Below, one piece after another: positions 10,621 through 21,499 of a stretch of 64,000 nt of DNA (its first letter is position 1; each line of letters opens with the position of its first letter). The notes under the pieces are model-generated. The model saw nothing but the letters and a program-made list of their open reading frames with translations, searched no databases and was not told where the DNA came from. A program made the position numbers and the translations under genes. Origin of the DNA: an uncultured Verrucomicrobiae bacterium (GTDB taxonomy: Bacteria > Verrucomicrobiota > Verrucomicrobiia > Chthoniobacterales > JAFAMB01). The DNA lies in the NCBI GenBank assembly GCA_963782115.1, contig CAWAIK010000003.1, forward strand, positions 288,001 to 352,000, given 5' to 3'.

Positions 10621-11004
10621 TTATTCCTTTTCATCGGGTGCGTACTCAGGAGGACAATAGGTATTGAATGTGACTGCCACTGTTCGGCCGGAATTAGTAA
10701 ACTTATGTTTTACTCCCGCTGGAATAATCACCATGTCTCCGGTGTTCATCTCAAAACGTTCGGAGCCGATCTCAGCAGCCATTGCGCCTTCGATTAGCAA
10801 AAGGAGTTGCTCGCTCTCCACGTGCGATTCAGCATTTTCTCCAGTCGCTTTACCTGGGTCCAGCCGCATCACGGCTGCTTGGCTGCGGTCGGTAGTTTGA
10901 AGAACTTCAAACCATCCTTTTGCTTGATTGATGTCGAGCGTTGCTCTCCAGATTTCTCTTCGGCGCTGAGAAATCTTTAGATGCCAGCCCCTTCGAATTT
11001 CCAT
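10621..11004 (-). CDS. Cupin domain protein (start uncertain)
   Basis: [15 protein letters not shown]...[18 protein letters not shown] cupin motifs; C-terminal PPEY. Confidence 0.8.
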   Translation of the reverse strand: MEIRRGWHLKISQRRREIWRATLDINQAKGWFEVLQTTDRSQAAVMRLDPGKATGENAESHVESEQLLLLIEGAMAAEIGSERFEMNTGDMVIIPAGVKHKFTNSGRTVAVTFNTYCPPEYAPDEKE

Positions 11005-11364
11005 TTTTCGATACCTCTCTTATCGAAATGCACGCCGCCAGTGACACCGACAATCCCACTGACAACTGACACTGGCAACTTCCTCCGGCCATCAACGGTC
11101 AGCGTTCCCTGCCGCCTGGTGCTCAAGACGACGCGTCCGCGCGAAGAGTTCGGTGCGCGAGCGAGTGATGGTTGTTTAAATCGCTTCTTGGGCAGTTTGT
11201 GGCAAGCGGAACTGACAATTGAAGCGGACAGGCGTTCTCAAACGACGCCGTGTGATGCAGTTCCAAATGGACAATCCAGAGTGGTTTTTTGGATGATCCG
11301 CCTTTCAGGGTGCTTGAGTGATCACGAAGCACCCACAACGAGGTCAGCCAACGAACAAGGCCAT

Positions 11365-12546
11365 ATGAGAGCGCTTTGTTGGTATGGAAAAGAAGATGTC
11401 CGGGTTGAAACCGTACCAGACCCAAAGATTATGAATCCAAACGACGCAATCGTGAAGATCACGTCTACGGCAATCTGCGGCTCCGACCTCCATCTTTACG
11501 ATGGTTTGATGCCCACCATGGAAAAAGGTGATGTCCTGGGCCATGAACCTATGGGTGAGGTGGTGGAAATTGGTAGCCAGGTTAAAAAAGTGAAAGTGGG
11601 TGACCGGGTGGTGGTGCCTTTTACTATATCCTGTGGAACCTGCTGGTTCTGTGAAAGGAGTTTGTTCTCACTTTGTGACACGTCCAATCCCAACAAGGAG
11701 ATGGCGCGAAAAGCGATGGGACAGTCCCCGGCTGGTTTGTTTGGGTACTCCCACATGCTCGGCGGCTTTCCAGGGGGCCAAGCTGAATATTTAAGAGTGC
11801 CGTTTGCTGATGTCGGACCCATGAAAATTCCCGAAGGTCTGGATGACGAGCAGGTCCTTTTTTTATCCGATATTTTCCCGACCGGTTACATGGCCGCCGA
11901 GAACGCGCAGATCCAGCCCGGCGATACGGTTGCGGTCTGGGGTTGCGGGCCAGTCGCACAGTTCGCAATCAAGAGTTCCTGGATGCTGGGTGCTGGTCGG
12001 GTAATCGGCATTGATTGTGTGCCGGAACGGTTGCAAATGGCAGCCGATCAAGGCAAAACCGAGACGATCAATTTCGAAAAAGAAAATGTCCAGGAACGCC
12101 TCATGGAAATGACGGACGGCCGCGGACCAGATGGTTGTATCGACGCCGTAGGTTGTGAGGCACATTCGAGTTCCGGTCTTTCTACAGTGCTCGACCAAGC
12201 GAAAGCGGTCGTTGCCCTGGCAGCGGATCGTCCCCACGTACTTCGGGAGGCCATTCTTTGTTGCCGTAAGGGAGGGACGATTTCTGTTCCCGGTGTCTAT
12301 ATCGGCTTCCCTGACAAAATTCCGTTTGGAGCAGCAATGAACAAAGGTCTCACCTTTAAAACTGGCCAGACGCATGTACAGCGTTATACCAAACCGCTCC
12401 TGGATAGAATTGAAAGGGGTGAGATTGACCCATCTTTTGTGATTACGCATCGAGTCAATTTGGAGGAGGCTCCTGCAGCTTATAAAAAGTTTCGGGATAA
12501 AGAGGACGGCTGCATCAAAGTTGTGCTGAAACCGCAGCTTGGATGA
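11365..12546 (+). CDS. Zinc-dependent alcohol dehydrogenase (formaldehyde dehydrogenase-like, YbdR type)
   Basis: [48 protein letters not shown]; likely start is the ATG at 11365. Confidence 0.93.
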   Translation: MRALCWYGKEDVRVETVPDPKIMNPNDAIVKITSTAICGSDLHLYDGLMPTMEKGDVLGHEPMGEVVEIGSQVKKVKVGDRVVVPFTISCGTCWFCERSLFSLCDTSNPNKEMARKAMGQSPAGLFGYSHMLGGFPGGQAEYLRVPFADVGPMKIPEGLDDEQVLFLSDIFPTGYMAAENAQIQPGDTVAVWGCGPVAQFAIKSSWMLGAGRVIGIDCVPERLQMAADQGKTETINFEKENVQERLMEMTDGRGPDGCIDAVGCEAHSSSGLSTVLDQAKAVVALAADRPHVLREAILCCRKGGTISVPGVYIGFPDKIPFGAAMNKGLTFKTGQTHVQRYTKPLLDRIERGEIDPSFVITHRVNLEEAPAAYKKFRDKEDGCIKVVLKPQLG

Positions 12547-12710
12547 TAGTGGAACAGTGGAACGGCAATTCGACGTTAAGCGCGTCCGTCGGTATTATTA
12601 AGATCCTGATGTTTCTTGGCTTATGGTTTCTTTTACCTTGGACACAAAAACTGCGAGTCAGACGCGGGCACGGCAGCAATCCTGAAACCTAACGAGTTAA
12701 TTTCCGAAGA

Positions 12711-13265
12711 ATGAAAAACAAAGATCCTCATCTTCTATCCAATTTGCCAGCCTACAGCGAGGAAGGTGCCGTTCATGCCGTTGTGGAAGCACCCAAGGGT
12801 TCGCTGATAAAGCTCAAGTATGAAATCAAGCTAGGAGCTTTCTCGGTCGCTCATTCATTACCCTTGGGCTTGTCTTATCCTTTCGATTGGGGATTTGTTC
12901 CAAGTACGCAAGCTCCGGATGGCGATCCTTTGGATATCTTGATTTTGCACGAGGCATCGACTTATCCAGGGGTAGTGTTGCCCTGTCGACCGCTGGGCGT
13001 TGTGGAAATGGATCAGGAAGATAAAGATGGGAAGAGGGAAAGGAATGATCGCGTGATTGTAATGCCCGCCTGGCACGATCGCGTAGGTGAATTTGAAAAT
13101 CCATCGGATTTGTCGACTCGTTTGCGAGAGGAAATCGAGCAGTTTTTTTTGAGTACCACTTTTTTTACTGCAAAAAAGCCCGAGATCTTAGCCTGGAAAG
13201 GGCCGAAAAGAGCCTCCGCAGTCATAAAAGAGAGCAATAAGTCCTATCTACTTCAGGACGTTTAA
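12711..13265 (+). CDS. ppa: Inorganic pyrophosphatase (family I)
   Basis: VVEAPKGS, YPFDWGFVPST, DGDPLD signature. Confidence 0.9.
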   Translation: MKNKDPHLLSNLPAYSEEGAVHAVVEAPKGSLIKLKYEIKLGAFSVAHSLPLGLSYPFDWGFVPSTQAPDGDPLDILILHEASTYPGVVLPCRPLGVVEMDQEDKDGKRERNDRVIVMPAWHDRVGEFENPSDLSTRLREEIEQFFLSTTFFTAKKPEILAWKGPKRASAVIKESNKSYLLQDV

Positions 13266-13473
13266 TTGGGGACTCGCTCACCGTTGAAAAGAGGAAGGTG
13301 CCATGAAACTGCAAGACAGCAGGAGCTTTGGATGAAGTGGCTGAGGCACGCCGACAGAGATGCGTGAGAGAGGGAAGGTCGGGAGGTGACAACCCAGGAC
13401 TCCCATCGCGGCGGCAACAATGCCGGCCTGGGGCTTCGCCGCGTTACAGGCCATTTAACCCGTGAGTCCTAAG

Positions 13474-13842
13474 TTACTCACTTTCGGGCGGTTTCGCTTG
13501 TTCCACCACTAGTTTAGCGACATAGGTGGCGATCAACGGCTTGGAGATTTTCCAAGCTTCTTTCAAAAATTTGTCGAGGGGTCTATCTGCACGCCTTTTG
13601 ACCGGCTTTTGACTTGAGCTGTCAATATAGATCCTCTTTTTACGCGCGGGTAAGCCAGAAAGAAGCCATCCAAAAATGGCGGCGCAACTGGCCCATTCCC
13701 ACGGATGACTTTTTATCGATTCCAGAATGTGTTCTTTCAAACCGAGAGTGTGCCTTAGGTGCGATATTTCCTTTTGCACCTGAATTCTGACTTCGGTTAG
13801 GGCAGCCGTTATTTGCCGCTTCTTATGGTGTGTCTCACCCAT
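13474..13842 (-). CDS. Hypothetical protein downstream of the DUF883 gene
   Basis: 122-aa ORF with IKSHPWEWASCAAIFGWLL; occupies the YqjK-like position in a DUF883 cluster. Confidence 0.55.
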   Translation of the reverse strand: MGETHHKKRQITAALTEVRIQVQKEISHLRHTLGLKEHILESIKSHPWEWASCAAIFGWLLSGLPARKKRIYIDSSSQKPVKRRADRPLDKFLKEAWKISKPLIATYVAKLVVEQAKPPESE

Positions 13843-13944
13843 TCACGATCCTTTTGAAGCTCAGAAAAAAACGGCAAGATCTCGGATTGAATCTACCGGC
13901 GATGGTGCCGAATCTCGCGGTGATGGCGAAACATCAGGCTCCAT
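13809..13944 (-). pseudogene. Internally deleted remnant of a YqjE/phage-holin-family membrane protein gene
   Basis: ATG just after the DUF883 stop and an out-of-frame tail ELQKDREW typical of this family; the TM middle is missing. Confidence 0.4.
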
Positions 13945-13947
13945 GAG

Positions 13948-14274
13948 TCATTCACGAAACAGAAGACCCAATAGAAATCCCAGTCCGAGAGCCATTAAGA
14001 CGGCCTTGGTCGGGTTGGCGCGAACGTAAGCCTCGCCTTTGGTGTGCCAACTCTTCGCCTGGGACATCGTATCAGACCAGACACTTTCCGCAGCGCCACG
14101 GAACTCTTGAGCCTTGCCTTGCGCAGCCTCTCTAAGTTCATCGGTCTTTTGCCCTGCGGCATGACGGATATCTTCGACTTTCGCGCTGGCCGCTCCCTTG
14201 AGATCGCTGGCGGTGGTTCTTAAATTATCTGTACCGCTTTCTGCTGCTTCCTCGGCATTTTTATTTTCGTCCAT
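13948..14274 (-). CDS. DUF883 (ElaB/YqjD-like) tail-anchored protein
   Basis: Ala/Lys/Glu-rich helix and C-terminal YVRANPTKAVLMALGLGFLLGLLFR. Confidence 0.85.
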   Translation of the reverse strand: MDENKNAEEAAESGTDNLRTTASDLKGAASAKVEDIRHAAGQKTDELREAAQGKAQEFRGAAESVWSDTMSQAKSWHTKGEAYVRANPTKAVLMALGLGFLLGLLFRE

Positions 14275-14664
14275 AAACTGCTCCTCCAAAGATGACTGGT
14301 TTGCTCTTAGACTAAAATCTACCAGAGAGATGGACAGATTTGCTGCGTTCCACCGGTGGATCTCAACTTCCAAAAACCTACACTTTTGTGCCTGATATTC
14401 GCCGTATGATTGCCATTTGGATGTACCGAAAGCTCGGACTGCTGCCGTGGCACATAAATGCAGCCAATGAAGGCGCGGCGGCCACGATCCGATAATCGAG
14501 CTGGAGTGATCACGAAGCACCTGGCGGCATTTCTCGGCTGGATCCTTTCGAGGCGTCAGCAAGGAAAAAGAAGATTTACCTCGCACACTTCGATCCACAG
14601 AACTTCGTGAGGCCACGCGCCACGCGTACATCCGATTGACATTTTCGGGACGAACTCTAGTCCT

Positions 14665-15156
14665 GTGGAACTTAATACTCTCAAAGATCTCTATTTTCAT
14701 GAGCTGAAGGATCTTTTCAGCGCAGAACAGCAACTCGTAAAGGCGTTACCCAAGATGGCAAAGGCGGCGGCCAATAAGGAACTCGCTGCTGGTTTTCAGC
14801 AGCATCTTGAACAGACTAAAGAACATGCTCAACGTTTGCAGCAGATTCTGTCGAGCCGCCAGCAATCCACTCGCGGACCAAAATGCAAGGGAATGGAAGG
14901 TATTGTGGCCGAAGGGGCTGAAATGATCAAGGAAGAAGCCGACGACGAAGTCAAAGACGCAGGACTGATCGCGGCTGCGCAACGAGTTGAGCATTACGAA
15001 ATGGCCGGGTACGGAACTGCGCGGACTTATGCTGAACTCTTGGGCGATCAAGAGGGCCTAAAACTTCTTCAAACGACGCTGGAAGAAGAGAGACAAACAG
15101 ATCAAAAGCTCTCAAAGTTGGCGAAGTCGGCAATAAACGTGGCCGCTGCCAAGTAG
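14665..15156 (+). CDS. Ferritin-like DUF892 protein (YciF family)
   Basis: LKDLFSAEQQLVKALPKMA, CKGMEGI, LIAAAQRVEHYEMAGYGT, TLEEERQTDQKL. Confidence 0.93.
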   Translation: MELNTLKDLYFHELKDLFSAEQQLVKALPKMAKAAANKELAAGFQQHLEQTKEHAQRLQQILSSRQQSTRGPKCKGMEGIVAEGAEMIKEEADDEVKDAGLIAAAQRVEHYEMAGYGTARTYAELLGDQEGLKLLQTTLEEERQTDQKLSKLAKSAINVAAAK

Positions 15157-15187
15157 ATCCCTCTCTCTGGTGTTTCAGGCTAATTCG

Positions 15188-15433
15188 TCACAGCTTTTCT
15201 TTGAGTGCAGCTTTGACTGTTCGCTTCCAGATCGACTTTCCTGCCCTCGCTGCCCTCTTGGCCGTCCTGTGTTCATCACTAGTCGCCACCAGGAGGCTCC
15301 GGTTGTTGCGCGTGACCTCGAATACGAATCTCTTCTCGGCGCGCGTGACCACTTCGAGAGCAATGACTTCATCATCGATCTTTATCATGTTGACCGTGAC
15401 CCGGTCCGGTGTCTGCTCGTGGGTTGTTTGCAA
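15188..15433 (-). CDS. Hypothetical basic protein
   Basis: 81-aa ORF with ATG and an upstream GAAAGG; no recognised motif. Confidence 0.3.
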   Translation of the reverse strand: MQTTHEQTPDRVTVNMIKIDDEVIALEVVTRAEKRFVFEVTRNNRSLLVATSDEHRTAKRAARAGKSIWKRTVKAALKEKL

Positions 15434-15654
15434 GTTTTTCTACCTTTCGTCATTCCCTTAAGGATGGGTCTTCCCCGTCGAGTGTGCAATGTAAGCAGCA
15501 ATTCGAATCTTTGCGTGAAGGCGAGTCAAAATGTTGCGGAAGGCCCCACGCTTCCAGGAAAAATCATCGGCATCACCGGCACGATCGAACTTTACGAAGG
15601 AAAGCTCTCTTCGAATTGCTGCGTCACGTGCATCGCCAGCCCGGGCCATCAGCG

Positions 15655-16170
15655 CCGGTGGGCAGGGATGCGGATCTGGCCGTTTTCGTCTTGCGAACTG
15701 CCGGCATTGTTGCCCAGCCGTTTCGGAGCATGTCCCATCTTCATGAGGTGCTCCAAGCAGAGGGGAATTTGGTGGGGCCTCTGGCGCTGACCGAGGAAGC
15801 CTTGGTGTCCCCGATGGAATACTCAAGCCTGACTGAGTGGATTGAACATCAAGAGCCGTGGTCGGAACTGCCGATCCTCTTTCTTACTCATCCAGGTCAG
15901 CCGACGAGAGTCAAAGAAAAACGCTCGCGAGTTCTGAGTCTTCGCGCTGCCGTCACGGTTCTTGAACGGCCCGTTCGACCCACCACCTTGATCGGCACGT
16001 TGCGCGTGGCGCTGCAGTCGCGCCAACGCCAATATCAGCTCCGGTGGATTCTCAGCGGCGTGCGGGCATAGAACTGCAACGTGCTCGGCTTGAGGCTGAA
16101 GCTGCTAATCGAGCAAAGAATCTGTTCCTAGCCACCCTTTCCCATGAGCTTCGTACTCCGCTGAATGTAT
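15655..16170 (+). pseudogene. Truncated, frameshifted sensor histidine kinase
   Basis: GRDADLA...QEPWSELPILFLT...[10 protein letters not shown]...[10 protein letters not shown], then after a frameshift near 16070 [25 protein letters not shown] (H-box); no HATPase domain follows. Confidence 0.8.
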
Positions 16171-16321
16171 CTCATGAGGAATGGCCGCAAAGATGAGACG
16201 TTGATGTGGAAATCCCAGAGGAGGTCACACTACCTTCCGGCTTTTACTTGTCCCGGCCATGTACCTCCGCAGGTGGGCTGGTCGCTTCAACTGCAGTAAA
16301 GGTTACCATATATAGCGGCAA

Positions 16322-16693
16322 ATGATTGTTGAAACTACACCATATTGCGGTTATAATCTTCTCACGCGCCTCTCCTTTCCATCACGTTTTATGGATAGAT
16401 ATCGTTTTTTAACAGATCGAATTCATGCGGAAATGAACGAAGGCTCTGGTAAAGCCTTCTCACTGACCATCAGATCAGATCTCGGCTGCATCCTTTTGGA
16501 AACGCGCGCTCAGTACATGCACCAAGCCTTTCAGAGGCTTATTGACTGGTCCGCCAAAGAGATAAGCCAAGATGTTTGCGCGATTATTACTGGGCCGAAC
16601 GGATTTTACGCAAACCACCGAATCAAGGCTTCACGAGACTTTGGCTGGGTAGAATGCGAGGAGGCGTTATCAGAGACGTCCTTGCAGTTGTGA
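16322..16693 (+). CDS. Hypothetical protein
   Basis: 123-aa ORF with no recognised motif; the start may be internal. Confidence 0.3.
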   Translation: MIVETTPYCGYNLLTRLSFPSRFMDRYRFLTDRIHAEMNEGSGKAFSLTIRSDLGCILLETRAQYMHQAFQRLIDWSAKEISQDVCAIITGPNGFYANHRIKASRDFGWVECEEALSETSLQL

Positions 16694-16964
16694 TCGTATT
16701 CGCAGGCAAGAAAAACGCGCTTTCGCCCTTGCGTGTTTTTAATTGTCGAAGTTGTCGTTCTCTCGTTGGGTGAACGCGGGCTTTGGCGGCCATGTCATCG
16801 AGCTAATCATGATGCGGCTTTTATTTTCAAAAACGACGATTGGAACCGTTCAGTGCGCAAGGGGCAAAGCTTTGTCCAAAGCTGGCAGAAAAAAGTACTC
16901 ACCCCCACATGACGCTCTCATCGACACCGAGCTTTTTGCGTTCGTGATAAATCCCGTGTCTGAG

Positions 16965-17160
16965 GATGCCTTCTTTGGTTCTTCCCAATCGTTAGGTGCA
17001 ATCCCATGCGCTGGAGTCCGCTCGATGTAGAAGTCGGCGCAACGCTGGGCGGTATCCAGGAACCTGGCGTCTTGGGCAAATTGAAAGGCCGTAGTGAAAC
17101 CATAGATCGCCCACGTTTGTCCTCGTGCCCAATTCGAATCGTTGCGCCATCCTTCGGTTA
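16965..17160 (-). pseudogene. Internal fragment of a GH88 unsaturated glucuronyl hydrolase
   Basis: Manual translation (not in the ORF track) gives EGWRNDSNWARGQTWAIYGFTTAFQFAQDARFLDTAQRCADFYIERTPAHGIAPNDWEEP. Confidence 0.7.
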
Positions 17161-17639
17161 CAAATTGTGGCTTGTGGCTCCTACTTTCGTGCTGATGCGT
17201 CCTCGCGAAGCTCGTTAAAACGCTCCCATCGAGATAAGGGGATTGGCAGCTCCAAGAGAAAACAAGGCGAACTCCTTCCGGAATTCAACGCATCCTCAAA
17301 GTCCTTTCTTGTCATCGAAAGCAGCGGTCCGACAACAATTTCTCCTGCATTATTAGGGAGCCATCATCCTCAAAGTCTTTTTTTCCGCTGCAAATTGCTG
17401 AACCTCGTCGACCAGTTCCTTGCGGAGTTCGTCGGCACGGAGGCCGGCTCGTTGACAATGAGTTCTTCGCGGCAGCAGGCGCGTATGCCCTGGTCTATTC
17501 GACTAATTTGTTACTTAGACATCCCGCGAGTTTCCAGCACCAGCGCCTCCTGGGCCGGATCGCTGCAGAAAGATGAAGAGTCCGGGCATTTCCTCGCAGC
17601 CACAAGCCGGGTCAGCCGCGAAACATCCAAAAACGCCCA

Positions 17640-18140
17640 ATGAATACCCAAACCAACCGGCGCGATTTCATGAAAGTGGCCGTCCTGGCTAGGCGGCGCA
17701 GCGACCTTGGCCGGCGTTCGCCTGGCCCGCGCTGCGGAACATAGCGATGCTGGAACTACCCTCAGTAGAGGAGAAACTCCTACGGAGCAACCAATTCCTC
17801 TCGCTCCACCCAAAAAGCAGCAACCGAAATTGCCCATTCCCGAGCCAGTGCCGCGGAAAGTTGGCTGGGCCGTGGTTGGTCTCGGCGCGTTGGCACTCGA
17901 GGAAGTGATGCCCGCCTTTCGCGAAGCACGTTTGTCCCGTCCGGTAGCCCTGGTAAGCGGGCACCCTGAAAAGGCCAGGTGGCAGAGGCTTACGAGATCA
18001 ACCCCGGCTCAATCTACGGTTACGACAACTGCGATATCCTGTCTGAGAACAAAGAGGTTGAAGTCATCTACATCATCCTACCTAACTCGATGCACGCCGA
18101 ATTCACGATCCGAGGCCTTCGCGCGGGCAAGCATGTGCCC
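17640..18140 (+). pseudogene. Tat-signal Gfo/Idh/MocA (glucose-fructose oxidoreductase-like) pseudogene
   Basis: MNTQTNRRDFMK; frameshift; VGWAVVGLGALA...LVSGHPEKA; frameshift; YIILPNSMHAEFTIRGLRAGKHV; then truncated. Confidence 0.85.
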
Positions 18141-18398
18141 TACCACAGGGTCGTTAGGGCGACCAACCGTCCTTAAAACGCCGCTTCCACCATCGGGATC
18201 GTTCTGGGAGCCGCTATTTCATTGTAAATTTAGCCGAATTTAAAAGCGCGGATCTTCGCGCGTCTTGATTTCGAGCATGCACAAATTGGCGTAGAATAGG
18301 CCGAAGGTCGGATCGCCTTCTTGCCCCAGGGTGTGGTGAACTCGGCGGAATCGAATTCCGGGTGCCTGCGCCCAAGACTGTTGCAACCATCTCCTTTC

Positions 18399-19070
18399 AT
18401 GAAAGAACTCGCTGAAAACATTTGGGTCCTCCCCTATTCGCTCCGGCTTTTAGGAGCAGATCTCCGCCGCATGGTGACCGTCGTCCGCCTGCGCTCGGGC
18501 GAACTGATCATCCACTCCACCGGACCATTCACGCCGGGAGATGTCGCCGCCATCCTACGCCTGGGCAATCCGGGCTGGCTTTTAGACGTCATGCTCCGGC
18601 ACGACACTTTCGCTAAGCATGGACACAAAGCCTTTCCGAATATCCCCTTCCTCGCCCCGGAGGGCTTTTCCGAAGTGGTCGGATTCTCGACCGAGCCCCT
18701 CATTCCAGCACCCGCGGCGTGGGGCGACGAGCTGGAGGTCTTGCGACTGGAAGGGATCCCGAGCATGCGGGAGCACCTCGTGTTTCATAGGCCCTCGCGC
18801 ACCTTAATCGTAGCGGACCTGCTTTTTAATTTCGGTCCTGACAGTTCGGCCTGGACCCGGCTTTTGGTCCTCTGCGCCGTTGGCCCCAGACACCATCCTG
18901 GCATGTCACGGCCGTTCCGAGTAGCGGTTAAGGACAAGGCGGCATTCCAACGATCCGTGGAGGGCCTCACCAAGTGGGACTTTGATCGGATCATCGTCGG
19001 GCACGGCGAGATCATCGCAACCGACGGTAAGCGCCAACTGGCGGGGGCGCTAAAAGAGGCCGGATTTTGA
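18399..19070 (+). CDS. DUF4336 domain protein
   Basis: RMVTVVRLRSGELIIHS, VFHRPSRTLIVADL, WDFDRIIVGHG. Confidence 0.8.
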   Translation: MKELAENIWVLPYSLRLLGADLRRMVTVVRLRSGELIIHSTGPFTPGDVAAILRLGNPGWLLDVMLRHDTFAKHGHKAFPNIPFLAPEGFSEVVGFSTEPLIPAPAAWGDELEVLRLEGIPSMREHLVFHRPSRTLIVADLLFNFGPDSSAWTRLLVLCAVGPRHHPGMSRPFRVAVKDKAAFQRSVEGLTKWDFDRIIVGHGEIIATDGKRQLAGALKEAGF

Positions 19071-19146
19071 TGTACTCGCTACATTTTCGACCGGCGCGGA
19101 ACAGGTTGTTTGGCCGTATGATGAAGATGCGATTTTTGTAGCTTAG

Positions 19147-21402
19147 CTAGCGATGGAGGTAACGGACAGCGACGATCGCGGGTTGCTCAAGCAAGCGGCC
19201 GGCCGCGATGTCGAAGGCGAGCCGGATGAACTGGGCGTGCGTCCAGGCCAAGGGAGTGGCCGAGAAGGTGCCGGTGCCTGACGCAAAGCCGGGCTGGCCA
19301 GCCGGCGGCTGGTTATCCCAGACCTGCTCGGGCAGCAAATCGCCGTCGTTCGAGCTACTGCTTATAGCAATAAGGTGCGCCTCCGCTCCAAACACGTTGT
19401 AAGCCGCCAAGTCGTATTCACCGCGTTCTCCGGCGAAAATGGGCCAGAGCCGGCCATGGGTCGTGAAAGTGTCAGGTGAAGTCACGCCCCACGGCGCACC
19501 GGTGGCCGTCTCGCCGTATCCGTCGAAGTTGTAGCGGTGCCAAAAGGTGCCGTTGGGGGTCGTCGTGGCGATCTGCGCATCGACTACCTGGAGGCTGTTG
19601 ATAATCACCACGTCGTAGGCGGGCTTGATTCCAAGGCGCACCAACTCAAGGAAACCGGCGTCAGCTACCTTGCGTTGGTCGATGGCACTCGGACCGCCGT
19701 CCCCGAGGCCGTAGGTGGTGCCGAGGTTGGGCATGCCGTCCTTCGTCAGGCGCAGGTAGTACGGCAACGGGCTGAAGGGCCCGTTTGTGGTCACCATCCA
19801 TTTTTCCAACTGCGACTGCCAGGAGTCGGCCGTGTTGAGGTAAAGCTGCGCGGAGACCCCGTCTCCGTTGGCTTGGGCAATGTGGGCCGCGCACACCAGG
19901 CCGGCGATCTCGCTGGCGGTGGACGAGGGGGAATAGCCGCTCTGGTTTTCCCACCGCTCGCCCGGGGTGAACGGCGCGGGATGCCCATCTGACGACACGA
20001 AGTTCACCAGGAAGTCGGCTGCCCGTTTGACGTGCGACCAAGTGGCGGCGTCCATGCGGCCGAGCTGGTAAGCGAGAATGATCGGGTCACCCACTTCGTC
20101 AAGCTGCAAGCCGCCGAAAACCGGCGTGCCGTCGAGCTTGGAGTTTTGGGGGAAGGAGCCATCGGGCTTTTGCTGGACATTGAAGAGGTAGTCCAAGGCG
20201 CGGCCCGCGCCGGCCAGGTCCCCGTCGACGAGGAGCGCCGTTACGATTTCGTACAGGTCGCGGGACCACACCGCGTGGTAGGGGCCGGAGGGATTAAACA
20301 AGCCCGTTCCCCACGCCCACGGCATCGTCGGGGAGGCGACGAACCCACCCCGGAAGGTCTTGTCCTCGCTGGCGGCGAGCACCATCGCAGAAACGGCATA
20401 CAACTGGCGTTGGTGCTTGGTAAAAAGGCTCGGCGGAGCATCGTGCAAAGAGTTCAGGTATTGGTCCCAGCCCTCGGCATATTCCTCAGAGATTTGGTTG
20501 AACCCGGCCCCCAGCGAGGCGTTTGCCGTATCGAGCGCGGCGGACTCGGCAGCTCCAAAGCCGAGCGCGAGTGTGAGGTGGCGACTGCCCCGGAGCCCGG
20601 TCAGGGGTAGCCGGCCGGTCTGCACCACGGTCCCGTTCGGCGCGGAGCTGTAGTGGGCGGTTAGCTGGTAGTGCTGGCTCAAGTCCGTCCCGCCGTCGCT
20701 CGTATCCAGGTAGCCGTTGGAAGTCTCAGTAAAGGCGGGCGAGGCGACCAACGCGCTCGCGACCTGCATCTGCGCATCGGAGGCGAGCAGCGCGTTGACC
20801 TGCGTCACCCCCGACTCATTCAGGGGCGCCTCCACCATTGGGTTGTTAAGCTGCGGCTGGTAAACGGCATAGAGCTGGTAAGGCTGGCCGTTCAACGAGG
20901 TAAACTCGACGTCGATGAGCAGGGTTGTCCGGGAAGGATCCGTGACGAAGGTGGTGGTGAGGCGCCAGCGGTTGGCCGTGTCGGTGTTGACAATTTGGTA
21001 GGTCAGGCTGTTGGGATCGTCTCCGTCCTTACGCCATCCGTGATGCTCTTCACGCCGCCCATGATCCGGGTTCACAAGTCGCGTTAGGGAGGTGGACGCG
21101 TCCTGGGCCTGTACCGCAAAGCTCTGCCCATCGGTGACGACGAAGTCGAGGTTACGGACGCTCGGCGTGTCGAGGCGAGGATAGTAGACCTCGCTTAGCC
21201 GGCCGCCCTCCAGAGTGAACCAAACGTTGCTCGCTGTGGTGTAGCTCGTGCCGAAGCCGGTTTTCTTCGAGGACAACCAATCTGCGTTACCGCCGGGGCC
21301 ACCAGGCGCCACGCCCTGAGCTTGGATCGATTGCTGACCAACGTACACTGCCGCACAGACAACCATCGCCTGCGCCAAGAGAACGAGGCTTTTTCTTTTC
21401 AT
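19147..21402 (-). CDS. Secreted GH15 glucoamylase/glucodextranase-type glycoside hydrolase
   Basis: Signal peptide, N-domain VWFTLEGGRLSEVYYP, GPYHAVWSRDLY, QLDEV, ERWENQ, RYNFDGYGE, LPEQVWD, SATPLAWTHAQFIRL. Confidence 0.93.
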   Translation of the reverse strand: MKRKSLVLLAQAMVVCAAVYVGQQSIQAQGVAPGGPGGNADWLSSKKTGFGTSYTTASNVWFTLEGGRLSEVYYPRLDTPSVRNLDFVVTDGQSFAVQAQDASTSLTRLVNPDHGRREEHHGWRKDGDDPNSLTYQIVNTDTANRWRLTTTFVTDPSRTTLLIDVEFTSLNGQPYQLYAVYQPQLNNPMVEAPLNESGVTQVNALLASDAQMQVASALVASPAFTETSNGYLDTSDGGTDLSQHYQLTAHYSSAPNGTVVQTGRLPLTGLRGSRHLTLALGFGAAESAALDTANASLGAGFNQISEEYAEGWDQYLNSLHDAPPSLFTKHQRQLYAVSAMVLAASEDKTFRGGFVASPTMPWAWGTGLFNPSGPYHAVWSRDLYEIVTALLVDGDLAGAGRALDYLFNVQQKPDGSFPQNSKLDGTPVFGGLQLDEVGDPIILAYQLGRMDAATWSHVKRAADFLVNFVSSDGHPAPFTPGERWENQSGYSPSSTASEIAGLVCAAHIAQANGDGVSAQLYLNTADSWQSQLEKWMVTTNGPFSPLPYYLRLTKDGMPNLGTTYGLGDGGPSAIDQRKVADAGFLELVRLGIKPAYDVVIINSLQVVDAQIATTTPNGTFWHRYNFDGYGETATGAPWGVTSPDTFTTHGRLWPIFAGERGEYDLAAYNVFGAEAHLIAISSSSNDGDLLPEQVWDNQPPAGQPGFASGTGTFSATPLAWTHAQFIRLAFDIAAGRLLEQPAIVAVRYLHR

Positions 21403-21499
21403 AGGGGGAAACGACTTCGTGTCGATCCGCCAAATTATCACATTGCGTTGATTTGGAATACGACCTATTTCAGATACGACGAGTCGCAGGGTATTTAAG

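Noticed and set aside
10981..11364. 128-aa N-terminal extension of the Zn-dependent dehydrogenase in the ORF track
   Set aside because: Family similarity starts at MRALCWYG (11365); the extension has no recognisable domain.
14275..14733. Long N-terminal extension of the DUF883 ORF (261-aa call)
   Set aside because: A GGAG SD precedes the ATG at 14274, and the extension overlaps the YciF gene on the other strand.
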